From the NCBI GenBank assembly GCA_001643675.2, contig LSRY02000001.1:2649097-2713096 (forward strand): a stretch of 64,000 bases of DNA, given 5' to 3'. Position numbers and translations under genes: made by a program. A model generated the notes under the pieces. That model was not told where the DNA came from. It ran no database searches and saw only the letters and a program-made list of their open reading frames with translations. The stretch is from Monocercomonoides exilis PA203 (lineage: Eukaryota; Protista; Preaxostyla). How positions within the stretch are numbered: the first letter of the stretch is position 1; each line of letters begins with the position of its first letter. Of the stretch, positions 51,601 to 64,000 are shown piece by piece.

Positions 51601-54600
51601 GGCAAAATCTGGCGATTTTGCTCAGGAACGACAATCCGAGGTTTCCGAAGGTGTGATTTTTTTTTATTTTCTATTTTTACCTCTTGCCCCCACACCTCCC
51701 AAACACACATCCTTTTTGCTGTCGCGCTGTCCCTTCCCCCGGAAAAAAAATATTTTCCTTTTTCCGGTCAACCCGGCTGACCCCCTTTTCGGGTCATTTT
51801 TTCCGTCTTTATCCAAAAGGGGGTGCGCGTTTGGGGTGGAGGCGAGCGGGATGTGAGGGGGGCGGGGCGGTGCGCGTTGCGGGGCAGGTGCGGTGGCAAA
51901 CGGTTGGTAACTTTTTTTTTAACAATTTTTTACTTTTGCTTTTTTGTGCACACAGGCAAAATCTGGCGATTTTGCTCAGGAACGACAATCCGAGGTTTCC
52001 GAAGGTGTGATTTTTTTTTATTTTCTATTTTTACCTCTTGCCCCCACACCTCCCAAACACACATCCTTTTTGCTGTCGCGCTGTCCCTTCCCCCGGAAAA
52101 AAAATATTTTCCTTTTTCCGGTCAACCCGGCTGACCCCCTTTTCGGGTCATTTTTTCCGTCTTTATCCAAAAGGGGGTGCGCGTTTGGGGTGGAGGCGAG
52201 CGGGATGTGAGGGGGGCGGGGCGGTGCGCGTTGCGGGGCAGGTGCGGTGGCAAACGGTTGGTAACTTTTTTTAACAATTTTTTACTTTTGCTTTTTTGTG
52301 CACACAGGCAAAATCTGGCGATTTTGCTCAGGAACGACAATCCGAGGTTTCCGAAGGTGTGATTTTTTTATTTTCTATTTTTACCTCTTGCCCCCACACC
52401 TCCCAAACACACATCCTTTTTGCTGTCGCGCTGTCCCTTCCCCCGGAAAAAAATATTTTCCTTTTTCCGGTCAACCCGGCTGACCCCCTTTTCGGGTCAT
52501 TTTTTCCGTCTTTATCCAAAAGGGGGTGCGCGTTTGGGGTGGAGGCGAGCGGGATGTGAGGGGGCGGGGCGGTGCGCGTTGCGGGGCAGGTGCGGTGGCA
52601 AACGGTTGGTAACTTTTTTTAACAATTTTTTACTTTTGCTTTTTTGTGCACACAGGCAAAATCTGGCGATTTTGCTCAGGAACGACAATCCGAGGTTTCC
52701 GAAGGTGTGATTTTTTTATTTTCTATTTTTACCTCTTGCCCCCACACCTCCCAAACACACATCCTTTTTGCTGTCGCGCTGTCCCTTCCCCCGGAAAAAA
52801 AATATTTTCCTTTTTCCGGTCAACCCGGCTGACCCCCTTTTCGGGTCATTTTTTCCGTCTTTATCCAAAAGGGGGTGCGCGTTTGGGGTGGAGGCGAGCG
52901 GGATGTGAGGGGGGCGGGGCGGTGCGCGTTGCGGGGCAGGTGCGGTGGCAAACGGTTGGTAACTTTTTTTTTAACAATTTTTTACTTTTGCTTTTTTTTG
53001 TGCACACAGGCAAAATCTGGCGATTTTGCTCAGGAACGACAATCCGAGGTTTCCGAAGGTGTGATTTTTTATTTTCTATTTTTACCTCTTGCCCCCACAC
53101 CTCCCAAACACACATCCTTTTTGCTGTCGCGCTGTCCCTTCCCCCGGAAAAAAAATATTTTCCTTTTTCCGGTCAACCCGGCTGACCCCCTTTTCGGGTC
53201 ATTTTTTCCGTCTTTATCCAAAAGGGGGTGCGCGTTTGGGGTGGAGGCGAGCGGGATGTGAGGGGGGCGGGGCGGTGCGCGTTGCGGGGCAGGTGCGGTG
53301 GCAAACGGTTGGTAACTTTTTTTTTAACAATTTTTTACTTTTGCTTTTTTTTGTGCACACAGGCAAAATCTGGCGATTTTGCTCAGGAACGACAATCCGA
53401 GGTTTCCGAAGGTGTGATTTTTTATTTTCTATTTTTACCTCTTGCCCCCACACCTCCCAAACACACATCCTTTTTGCTGTCGCGCTGTCCCTTCCCCCGG
53501 AAAAAAAATATTTTCCTTTTTCCGGTCAACCCGGCTGACCCCCTTTTCGGGTCATTTTTCCGTCTTTATCCAAAAAGGGGGTGCGCGTTTGGGGTGGAGG
53601 CGAGCGGGATGTGAGGGGGCGGGGCGGTGCGCGTTGCGGGGCAGGTGCGGTGGCAAACGGTTGGTAACTTTTTTTAACAATTTTTTACTTTTGCTTTTTT
53701 GTGCACACAGGCAAAATCTGGCGATTTTGCTCAGGAACGACAATCCGAGGTTTCCGAAGGTGTGATTTTTTTATTTTCTATTTTTACCTCTTGCCCCCAC
53801 ACCTCCCAAACACACATCCTTTTTGCTGTCGCGCTGTCCCTTCCCCCGGAAAAAAATATTTTCCTTTTTCCGGTCAACCCGGCTGACCCCCCTTTTCGGG
53901 TCATTTTTTCCGTCTTTATCCAAAAGGGGGTGCGCGTTTGGGGTGGAGGCGAGCGGGATGTGAGGGGGGCGGGGCGGTGCGCGTTGCGGGGCAGGTGCGG
54001 TGGCAAACGGTTGGTAACTTTTTTTTAACAATTTTTTACTTTTGCTTTTTTGTGCACACAGGCAAAATCTGGCGATTTTGCTCAGGAACGACAATCCGAG
54101 GTTTCCGAAGGTGTGATTTTTTTATTTTCTATTTTTACCTCTTGCCCCCACACCTCCCAAACACACATCCTTTTTGCTGTCGCGCTGTCCCTTCCCCGGA
54201 AAAAAATATTTTCCTTTTTCCGGTCAACCCGGCTGACCCCCTTTTCGGGTCATTTTTTCCGTCTTTATCCAAAAGGGGGTGCGCGTTTGGGGTGGAGGCG
54301 AGCGGGATGTGAGGGGGCGGGGCGGTGCGCGTTGCGGGGCAGGTGCGGTGGCAAACGGTTGGTAACTTTTTTTAACAATTTTTTACTTTTGCTTTTTTTG
54401 TGCACACAGGCAAAATCTGGCGATTTTGCTCAGGAACGACAATCCGAGGTTTCCGAAGGTGTGATTTTTTTATTTTCTATTTTTACCTCTTGCCCCCACA
54501 CCTCCCAAACACACATCCTTTTTGCTGTCGCGCTGTCCCTTCCCCGGAAAAAAATATTTTCCTTTTTCCGGTCAACCCGGCTGACCCCCTTTTCGGGTCA

Positions 54601-57600
54601 TTTTTTCCGTCTTTATCCAAAAGGGGGTGCGCGTTTGGGGTGGAGGCGAGCGGGATGTGAGGGGGCGGGGCGGTGCGCGTTGCGGGGCAGGTGCGGTGGC
54701 AAACGGTTGGTAACTTTTTTTTAACAATTTTTTACTTTTGCTTTTTTGTGCACACAGGCAAAATCTGGCGATTTTGCTCAGGAACGACAATCCGAGGTTT
54801 CCGAAGGTGTGATTTTTTTATTTTCTATTTTTACCTCTTGCCCCCACACCTCCCAAACACACATCCTTTTTGCTGTCGCGCTGTCCCTTCCCCCGGAAAA
54901 AAAATATTTTCCTTTTTCCGGTCAACCCGGCTGACCCCTTTTCGGGTCATTTTTTCCGTCTTTATCCAAAAAGGGGGTGCGCGTTTGGGGTGGAGGCGAG
55001 CGGGATGTGAGGGGGCGGGGCGGTGCGCGTTGCGGGGCAGGTGCGGTGGCAAACGGTTGGTAACTTTTTTTAACAATTTTTTACTTTTGCTTTTTTTGTG
55101 CACACAGGCAAAATCTGGCGATTTTGCTCAGGAACGACAATCCGAGGTTTCCGAAGGTGTGATTTTTTTATTTTCTATTTTTACCTCTTGCCCCCACACC
55201 TCCCAAACACACATCCTTTTTGCTGTCGCGCTGTCCCTTCCCCCGGAAAAAAAATATTTTCCTTTTTCCGGTCAACCCGGCTGACCCCCTTTTCGGGTCA
55301 TTTTTCCGTCTTTATCCAAAAGGGGTGCGCGTTTGGGGTGGAGGCGAGCGGGATGTGAGGGCGGGGCGGTGCGCGTTGCGGGGCAGGTGCGGTGGCAAAC
55401 GGTTGGTAACTTTTTTTTAACAATTTTTTTACTTTTGCTTTTTTGTGCACACAGGCAAAATCTGGCGATTTTGCTCAGGAACGACAATCCGAGGTTTCCG
55501 AAGGTGTGATTTTTTTATTTTCTATTTTTACCTCTTGCCCCCACACCTCCCAAACACACATCCTTTTTGCTGTCGCGCTGTCCCTTCCCCCCGGAAAAAA
55601 AATATTTTCCTTTTTCCGGTCAACCCGGCTGACCCCTTTTCGGGTCATTTTTTCCGTCTTTATCCAAAAGGGGTGCGCGTTTGGGGTGGAGGCGAGCGGG
55701 ATGTGAGGGGGCGGGGCGGTGCGCGTTGCGGGGCAGGTGCGGTGGCAAACGGTTGGTAACTTTTTTTTAACAATTTTTTACTTTTGCTTTTTTTTGTGCA
55801 CACAGGCAAAATCTGGCGATTTTGCTCAGGAACGACAATCCGAGGTTTCCGAAGGTGTGATTTTTTTATTTTCTATTTTTACCTCTTGCCCCCACACCTC
55901 CCAAACACACATCCTTTTTGCTGTCGCGCTGTCCCTTCCCCCCGGAAAAAAAATATTTTCCTTTTTCCGGTCAACCCGGCTGACCCCCTTTTCGGGTCAT
56001 TTTTTCCGTCTTTATCCAAAAGGGGGTGCGCGTTTGGGGTGGAGGCGAGCGGGATGTGAGGGGGCGGGGCGGTGCGCGTTGCGGGGCAGGTGCGGTGGCA
56101 AACGGTTGGTAACTTTTTTTTAACAATTTTTTTACTTTTGCTTTTTTGTGCACACAGGCAAAATCTGGCGATTTTGCTCAGGAACGACAATCCGAGGTTT
56201 CCGAAGGTGTGATTTTTTTATTTTCTATTTTTACCTCTTGCCCCCACACCTCCCAAACACACATCCTTTTTGCTGTCGCGCTGTCCCTTCCCCCGGAAAA
56301 AAAATATTTTCCTTTTTCCGGTCAACCCGGCTGACCCCCTTTCGGGTCATTTTTTCCGTCTTTATCCAAAAGGGGGGTGCGCGTTTGGGGTGGAGGCGAG
56401 CGGGATGTGAGGGGGGCGGGGCGGTGCGCGTTGCGGGGCAGGTGCGGTGGCAAACGGTTGGTAACTTTTTTTTTAACAATTTTTTTACTTTTGCTTTTTT
56501 TGTGCACACAGGCAAAATCTGGCGATTTTGCTCAGGAACGACAATCCGAGGTTTCCGAAGGTGTGATTTTTTTTTATTTTCTATTTTTACCTCTTGCCCC
56601 CACACCTCCCAAACACACATCCTTTTTGCTGTCGCGCTGTCCCTTCCCCCGGAAAAAAAATATTTTCCTTTTTCCGGTCAACCCGGCTGACCCCCTTTTC
56701 GGGTCATTTTTTCCGTCTTTATCCAAAAGGGGGTGCGCGTTTGGGGTGGAGGCGAGCGGGATGTGAGGGGGGCGGGGCGGTGCGCGTTGCGGGGCAGGTG
56801 CGGTGGCAAACGGTTGGTAACTTTTTTTAACAATTTTTTACTTTTGCTTTTTTTGTGCACACAGGCAAAATCTGGCGATTTTGCTCAGGAACGACAATCC
56901 GAGGTTTCCGAAGGTGTGATTTTTTTTTATTTTCTATTTTTACCTCTTGCCCCCACACCTCCCAAACACACATCCTTTTTGCTGTCGCGCTGTCCCTTCC
57001 CCCGGAAAAAAATATTTTCCTTTTTCCGGTCAACCCGGCTGACCCCCTTTTCGGGTCATTTTTCCGTCTTTATCCAAAAGGGGGTGCGCGTTTGGGGTGG
57101 AGGCGAGCGGGATGTGAGGGGGGCGGGGCGGTGCGCGTTGCGGGGCAGGTGCGGTGGCAAACGGTTGGTAACTTTTTTTTTAACAATTTTTTTACTTTTG
57201 CTTTTTTGTGCACACAGGCAAAATCTGGCGATTTTGCTCAGGAACGACAATCCGAGGTTTCCGAAGGTGTGATTTTTTTATTTTCTATTTTTACCTCTTG
57301 CCCCCACACCTCCCAAACACACATCCTTTTTGCTGTCGCGCTGTCCCTTCCCCCGGAAAAAAATATTTTCCTTTTTCCGGTCAACCCGGCTGACCCCCTT
57401 TTCGGGTCATTTTTCCGTCTTTATCCAAAAGGGGTGCGCGTTTGGGGTGGAGGCGAGCGGGATGTGAGGGGGGCGGGGCGGTGCGCGTTGCGGGGCAGGT
57501 GCGGTGGCAAACGGTTGGTAACTTTTTTTAACAATTTTTTACTTTTGCTTTTTTGTGCACACAGGCAAAATCTGGCGATTTTGCTCAGGAACGACAATCC

Positions 57601-60222
57601 GAGGTTTCCGAAGGTGTGATTTTTTTATTTTCTATTTTTACCTCTTGCCCCCACACCTCCCAAACACACATCCTTTTTGCTGTCGCGCTGTCCCTTCCCC
57701 GGAAAAAAATATTTTCCTTTTTCCGGTCAACCCGGCTGACCCCCTTTTCGGGTCATTTTTCCGTCTTTATCCAAAAGGGGGTGCGCGTTTGGGGTGGAGG
57801 CGAGCGGGATGTGAGGGGGGCGGGGCGGTGCGCGTTGCGGGGCAGGTGCGGTGGCAAACGGTTGGTAACTTTTTTTAACAATTTTTTACTTTTGCTTTTT
57901 TTGTGCACACAGGCAAAATCTGGCGATTTTGCTCAGGAACGACAATCCGAGGTTTCCGAAGGTGTGATTTTTTTTTATTTTCTATTTTTACCTCTTGCCC
58001 CCACACCTCCCAAACACACATCCTTTTTGCTGTCGCGCTGTCCCTTCCCCCGGAAAAAAAATATTTTCCTTTTTCCGGTCAACCCGGCTGACCCCCTTTT
58101 CGGGTCATTTTTTCCGTCTTTATCCAAAAGGGGTGCGCGTTTGGGGTGGAGGCGAGCGGGATGTGAGGGGGCGGGGCGGTGCGCGTTGCGGGGCAGGTGC
58201 GGTGGCAAACGGTTGGTAACTTTTTTTTAACAATTTTTTTACTTTTGCTTTTTTGTGCACACAGGCAAAATCTGGCGATTTTGCTCAGGAACGACAATCC
58301 GAGGTTTCCGAAGGTGTGATTTTTTTATTTTCTATTTTTACCTCTTGCCCCCACACCTCCCAAACACACATCCTTTTTGCTGTCGCGCTGTCCCTTCCCC
58401 CGGAAAAAAAATATTTTCCTTTTTCCGGTCAACCCGGCTGACCCCCTTTTCGGGTCATTTTTTCCGTCTTTATCCAAAAGGGGGTGCGCGTTTGGGGTGG
58501 AGGCGAGCGGGATGTGAGGGGGGCGGGGCGGTGCGCGTTGCGGGGCAGGTGCGGTGGCAAACGGTTGGTAACTTTTTTTTAACAATTTTTTACTTTTGCT
58601 TTTTTGTGCACACAGGCAAAATCTGGCGATTTTGCTCAGGAACGACAATCCGAGGTTTCCGAAGGTGTGATTTTTTTTTATTTTCTATTTTTACCTCTTG
58701 CCCCCACACCTCCCAAACACACATCCTTTTTGCTGTCGCGCTGTCCCTTCCCCGGAAAAAAATATTTTCCTTTTTCCGGTCAACCCGGCTGACCCCCTTT
58801 TCGGGTCATTTTTTCCGTCTTTATCCAAAAGGGGGTGCGCGTTTGGGGTGGAGGCGAGCGGGATGTGAGGGGGCGGGGCGGTGCGCGTTGCGGGGCAGGT
58901 GCGGTGGCAAACGGTTGGTAACTTTTTTAACAATTTTTTACTTTTGCTTTTTTTTGTGCACACAGGCAAAATCTGGCGATTTTGCTCAGGAACGACAATC
59001 CGAGGTTTCCGAAGGTGTGATTTTTTTATTTTCTATTTTTACCTCTTGCCCCCACACCTCCCAAACACACATCCTTTTTGCTGTCGCGCTGTCCCTTCCC
59101 CCGGAAAAAAAATATTTTCCTTTTTCCGGTCAACCCGGCTGACCCCCTTTCGGGTCATTTTTTCCGTCTTTATCCAAAAGGGGGTGCGCGTTTGGGGTGG
59201 AGGCGAGCGGGATGTGAGGGGGGCGGGGCGGTGCGCGTTGCGGGGCAGGTGCGGTGGCAAACGGTTGGTAACTTTTTTTTTAACAATTTTTTTACTTTTG
59301 CTTTTTTTGTGCACACAGGCAAAATCTGGCGATTTTGCTCAGGAACGACAATCCGAGGTTTCCGAAGGTGTGATTTTTTTTTATTTTCTATTTTTACCTC
59401 TTGCCCCCACACCTCCCAAACACACATCCTTTTGCTGTCGCGCTGTCCCTTCCCCCGGAAAAAAAATATTTTCCTTTTCCGGTCAACCCGGCTGACCCCT
59501 TTTCGGGTCATTTTTCCGTCTTTATCCAAAAGGGGGTGCGCGTTTGGGGTGGAGGCGAGCGGGATGTGAGGGGGCGGGGCGGTGCGCGTTGCGGGGCAGG
59601 TGCGGTGGCAAACGGTTGGTAACTTTTTTTAACAATTTTTTTACTTTTGCTTTTTTGTGCACACAGGCAAAATCTGGCGATTTTGCTCAGGAACGACAAT
59701 CCGAGGTTTCCGAAGGTGTGATTTTTTTATTTTCTATTTTTACCTCTTGCCCCCACACCTCCCAAACACACATCCTTTTGCTGTCGCGCTGTCCCTTCCC
59801 CGGAAAAAATATTTTCCTTTTCCGGTCAACCCGGCTGACCCCCTTTTCGGGTCATTTTTCCGTCTTTATCCAAAAGGGGTGCGCGTTTGGGGTGGAGGCG
59901 AGCGGGATGAGGGGGCGGGGCGGTGCGCGTTGCGGGGCAGGTGCGGTGGCAAACGGTTGGTAACTTTTTTTTAACAATTTTTTACTTTTGCTTTTTTAGG
60001 ACACAGGCAAAATCTGGCGATTTTGCTCAGGAACGACAATCCGAGGTTTCCGAAGGTGTGATTTTTTTTTATTTTCTATTTTTACCTCTTGCCCCCACAC
60101 CTCCCAAACACACATCCTTTTTGCTGTCGCGCTGTCCCTTCCCCCGGAAAAAAAATATTTTCCTTTTTCCGGTCAACCCGGCTGACCCCCTTTTCGGGTC
60201 ATTTTTTCCGTCTTTATCCAAA
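48625..60222 (+). repeat. Subtelomeric tandem array, 33 units of ~350-357 bp
   Basis: The unit starting TTTATCCAAAAGGGGGTGCGCG recurs from 48625 to 59864, with a 34th start truncated at 60213. Units differ almost only in homopolymer length. Confidence 0.97.
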
Positions 60223-63200
60223 CTAGGTTAGGGTTAGGGTTAGGGTTAGGTTAGGGTTAGGTTAGGGTTAGGGTTAGGTTAGGTTAGGGTTAGGGTTAGG
60301 TTAGGGTTAGGGTTAGGGTTAGGTTAGGGTTAGGGTTAGGGTTAGGGTTAGGGTTAGGTTAGGGTTAGGGTTAGGGTTAGGGTTAGGTTAGGGTTAGGGT
60401 TAGGGTTAGGGTTAGGGTTGCAGGGTTTAGGGTTAGGGTAGGGTTAGGGTTAGGTTAGGGTTAGGGTTAGGGTTAGGGTTAGGGTTAGGGTTAGGGTTAG
60501 GCGAGGTTAGGGTTAGGGTTGGGGTTAGGGTTAGGGCGGGGCAGGGTTAGGGTTTAGGGTTACTTTTGGTTTGGGTTAGGGTTAGGGTTAGGGTTAGGGT
60601 TAGGGTTCAAACTAGGTTTCCGAAGGTTAGGGTTAGGGTTAGGGTTAGGGTTAGGGTTAGGGTTAGGTTAGGGTTAGGTTAGGTTAGGTTCCTTTTAGGG
60701 TTAGGGTTAGGGTTAGGGTTAGGTTAGGGTTAGGGTTAGGGTTAGGTTTAGGGTTAGGGTTAGGGTTAGGGTTAGGGTTAGGGTTAGGGTTAGGGTTAGG
60801 GTTAGGGTTAGGGTTAGGGTTAGGGTTAGGTTAGGGTTAGGGTTAGGGTTAGGGTTAGGGTTAGGTTAGGGTTAGGGTTAGGGTTAGGTTAGGGTTAGGG
60901 TTAGGTTAGGGTTAGGGTTAGGGTTAGGGTTAGGGTTAGGGTTAGGGTTAGGGTTAGGTTAGGGTTAGGGTTAGGGTTAGGGTTAGGTTAGGGTTAGGGT
61001 TAGGGTTAGGGTTAGGGTTAGGGTTAGGGTTAGGGTTAGGTTAGGGTTAGGGTTAGGGTTAGGGTTAGGGTTAGGTTAGGGTTAGGGTTAGGGTTAGGGT
61101 TAGGGTTAGGGTTAGGTTAGGGTTAGGGTTAGGGTTAGGGTTAGGGTTAGGGTTAGGGTTAGGGTTAGGGTTAGGGTTAGGGTTAGGGTTAGGGTTAGGG
61201 TTAGGGTTAGGGTTAGGGTTAGGGTTAGGGTTAGGGTTAGGGTTAGGGTTAGGGTTAGGGTTAGGGTTAGGGTTAGGTTAGGGTTAGGGTTAGGGTTAGG
61301 GTTAGGGTTAGGTTAGGGTTAGGGTTAGGGTTAGGGTTAGGGTTAGGGTTAGGTTAGGTTAGGGTTAGGGTTAGGGTTAGGTTAGGGTTAGGGTTAGGGT
61401 TAGGGTTAGGGTTAGGGTTAGGTTAGGGTTAGGGTTAGGGTTAGGTTAGGGTTAGGGTTAGGGTTAGGGTTAGGTTAGGGTTAGGGTTAGGGTTGGGTTA
61501 GGTTAGGTTAGGGTTAGGGTTAGGGTTAGGGTTAGGGTTAGGTTAGGGTTAGGGTTAGGGTTAGGGTTAGGGTTAGGGTTAGGGTTAGGGTTAGGGTTAG
61601 GGTTAGGGTTAGGGTTCAAACTAGGTTAGGGTTAGGGTTAGGGTTAGGGTTAGGGTTAGGGTTAGGGTTAGGGTTAGGGTTAGGTTAGGGTTAGGGTTAG
61701 GGTTCAAACTAGGTTAGGGTTAGGGTTAGGGTTAGGTTAGGGTTAGGGTTAGGGTTAGGGTTAGGTTAGGGTTAGGGTTAGGGTTAGGGTTAGGGTTAGG
61801 GTTAGGTTAGGGTTAGGGTTAGGGTTAGGGTTAGGGTTAGGGTTAGGGTTAGGGTTCAAACTAGGTTAGGTTAGGTTAGGGTTAGGGTTAGGGTTAGGGT
61901 TAGGGTTAGGTTAGGGTTAGGGTTAGGGTTAGGGTTAGGGTTAGGTTAGGGTTAGGGTTAGGGTTAGGGTTAGGGTTAGGGTTAGGGTTAGGGTTAGGGT
62001 TAGGTTAGGGTTAGGGTTAGGTTAGGGTTAGGTTAGGGTTAGGGTTAGGGTTAGGGTTAGGGTTCAAACTAGGTTAGGGTTAGGGTTAGGGTTAGGGTTA
62101 GGGTTAGGGTTAGGGTTAGGGTTAGGGTTAGGGTTAGGTTAGGGTTGGGTTGAGGTTAGGGTGGGTTAGGGTTAGGGTTAGGGTTAGGGTTAGGGTTAGG
62201 GTTAGGGTTAGGGTTAGGAGTTAGTTAAGGTTGAGGGTTGAGTTAGGGTTAGGGTTAGGGTTAGGTTAGGGTTAGGGTTAGGTTAGGGTTAGGGTTAGGG
62301 TTAGGGTTAGGTTAGGGTTAGGGTTAGGGTTAGGTTAGGGTTAGGGTTAGGTTAGGGTTAGGTTAGGGTTAGGGTTAGGGTTAGGTTAGGAGTTAGGGTT
62401 AGGGTTAGGTTAGGGTTAGGGTTAGGGTTAGGGTTAGGGTTAGGGTTGGAGTTAGGGTTGAGTTAGGGTTGGAGTTAGGGTTAGGGTTAGGGTTAGGGTT
62501 AGGGTTAGGGTTAGGGTTCAAGCTAGGTTAGGGTTAGGGTTAGGGTTAGGTTAGGGTTAGGGTTAGGGTTAGGGTTAGGGTTAGGGTTAGGGTTAGGGTT
62601 AGGGGTTAGGGTTAGGGTTAGGGTTAGGGTTAGGTTAGGGTTGGGAGTTAGGGTTAGGTTAGGTTAGGGTTAGGGTTAAAGTTGGATTTAGGGTTAGGGT
62701 TAGGTTAGGGTTAGGGTTAGGGTTAGGGTTAGGGTTAGGTTAGGGTTAGGGTTAGGGTTAGGGTTAAGGGTTAGGGTTAGAGTTAAAGGTTAGGGTTGAG
62801 TTAGGGTTAGGGGTTAAGGTGGGTTAGGTTAGGGTTAGGAGTTAAGGTTAGGGTTAGGGTTAGGTTAGGTTAGGTTCAAACTAGGTTGGGGTTAGGGTTA
62901 GGGTTAGGGTTAGGGTTAGGGTTGGGGTTAGGGTTGGAGTTAGGGTTAGGTTGGGTTAGGAAGGGTTAGGGTTAGGGTTAGGGTTAGGGTTAGGGTTAGG
63001 GTTAGGTTAGGGTTAGGGTTAGGGTTAGGTTAGGGTTAGGGTTAGGGTTAGGGTTAGGGTTAGGTTAGGGTTAGGGTTAGGGTTAGGGTTAGGGTTAGGG
63101 TTAGGGTTAGGGTTAGGTTAGGTTAGGGTTAGGGTTAGGGTTAGGGTTAGGGTTAGGGTTAGGGTTAGGGTTGAGGTTAGGGTTAGGGGTTAGGGTTAGG

Positions 63201-64000
63201 GTTAGGGTTAGGGTTAGGGTTAGGGTTAGGGTTAGGGTTAGGGGTTAGGGTTAGGGTTAGGGTTAGGGTTAGGGTTAGGGTTAGGGTTAGGGTTAGGTTA
63301 GGGTTAGGGTTAGGGTTAGGGTTAGGTTAGGGTTAGGGTTAGGGTTAGGGTTAGGAAGTTAGGTTAGGGTTGGGGTTAGGGTTAGGGTTAGGGTTAGGTT
63401 GGAATTAGGAATTGGGGTTAAGGGTTAGGGTTAGGGTTAGGTTAGGGTTAGAGTTAGGTTAGGGTTAGGGTTAGGGTTAGGGTTAGGGTTAGGGGTTAGG
63501 GTTAGGGTTAGGGTTAGGGTTAGGGTTTCAAACTAGGTTAGGTTGGGTTAGGGTTAGGGTTAGGGTTAGGGGTTCAAACTAGGTTCAGGTTAGGGTTAGG
63601 TTAGGGTTAGGTTAGGGTTAGGGTTAGGGTTAGGGTTAGGGTTAGGGTTAGGGTTAGGGTTAGGGTTAGGTTAGGGTTAGGGTTAGGGTTAGGGTTAGGG
63701 TTAGGGTTAGGGTTAGGGTTAGGGTTAGGGTTAGGGTTAGGGTTAGGGTTAGGTTAGGGTTAGGAGTTAGGGTTAGGGTTAGGGTTAGGGTTAGGGTTAG
63801 GGTTAGGGGTTAGGTTAGGGTTAGGGTTAGGGTTAGGGTTAGGGTTAGGGTTAGGGTTAGGGTTAGGGTTAGGGGTTAGGAGTGGGTTAGGGTTAGGGTT
63901 AGGGTTAGGGTTAGGGTTAGGGTTAGGGTTAGGGTTAGGGTTAGGGTTAGGGTTAGGTTAGGGTTAGGGTTAGGGTTAGGGTTAAGTTAGGGTTAGGGTT
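60223..64000 (+). repeat. Telomere, (TTAGGG)n with TTAGG and CAAACTAGG variants
   Basis: About 3.8 kb of TTAGGG repeats running to the window end. Confidence 0.99.

Noticed and set aside
48625-60222. Array as 5S rRNA/tRNA genes or a CRISPR array
   Set aside because: No recognisable 5S or tRNA sequence on either strand, no unique spacers, and the context is eukaryotic.
48573-60231. Dozens of ORFs in the satellite array
   Set aside because: By-products of a stop-poor GC-rich repeat; frames change with homopolymer length.
60228-64000. TTAGG and TTAGGGG units as a genuine mixed telomere repeat
   Set aside because: Cannot be distinguished from the homopolymer-length errors evident throughout the adjacent array.

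Overview
AT-rich eukaryotic chromosome end. The expanded hypothetical-protein family, short GT-AG introns and TTAGGG repeats suggest an oxymonad/Monocercomonoides-like protist; that is inference. The first ~48.5 kb is a subtelomeric zone of mobile elements and pseudogenes. It is followed by 33 near-identical ~350-357 bp GC-rich repeat units (48625-60222), which start at a perfect hairpin, and a TTAGGG telomere (60223-64000). Main observations: (1) five copies of a long gene family; four carry a tyrosine-recombinase (YR) catalytic core plus a C-terminal Myb/SANT domain, and one is an N-terminal fragment. No reverse transcriptase is evident (Crypton-like), and telomere-like tracts lie upstream of the + strand copies. 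(2) A ubiquitin-specific-protease ORF and a Sola-like DDD transposase ORF 5 kb apart rejoin in frame as one ~995-aa gene when a TIR/TSD-bounded insertion (12986-18027) is removed. (3) A recurrent variant, GGTTCAAACTAGG, occurs inside the telomere and also forms the satellite/telomere junction. Homopolymer-length noise suggests a long-read consensus, so some frameshifts may be artefacts.
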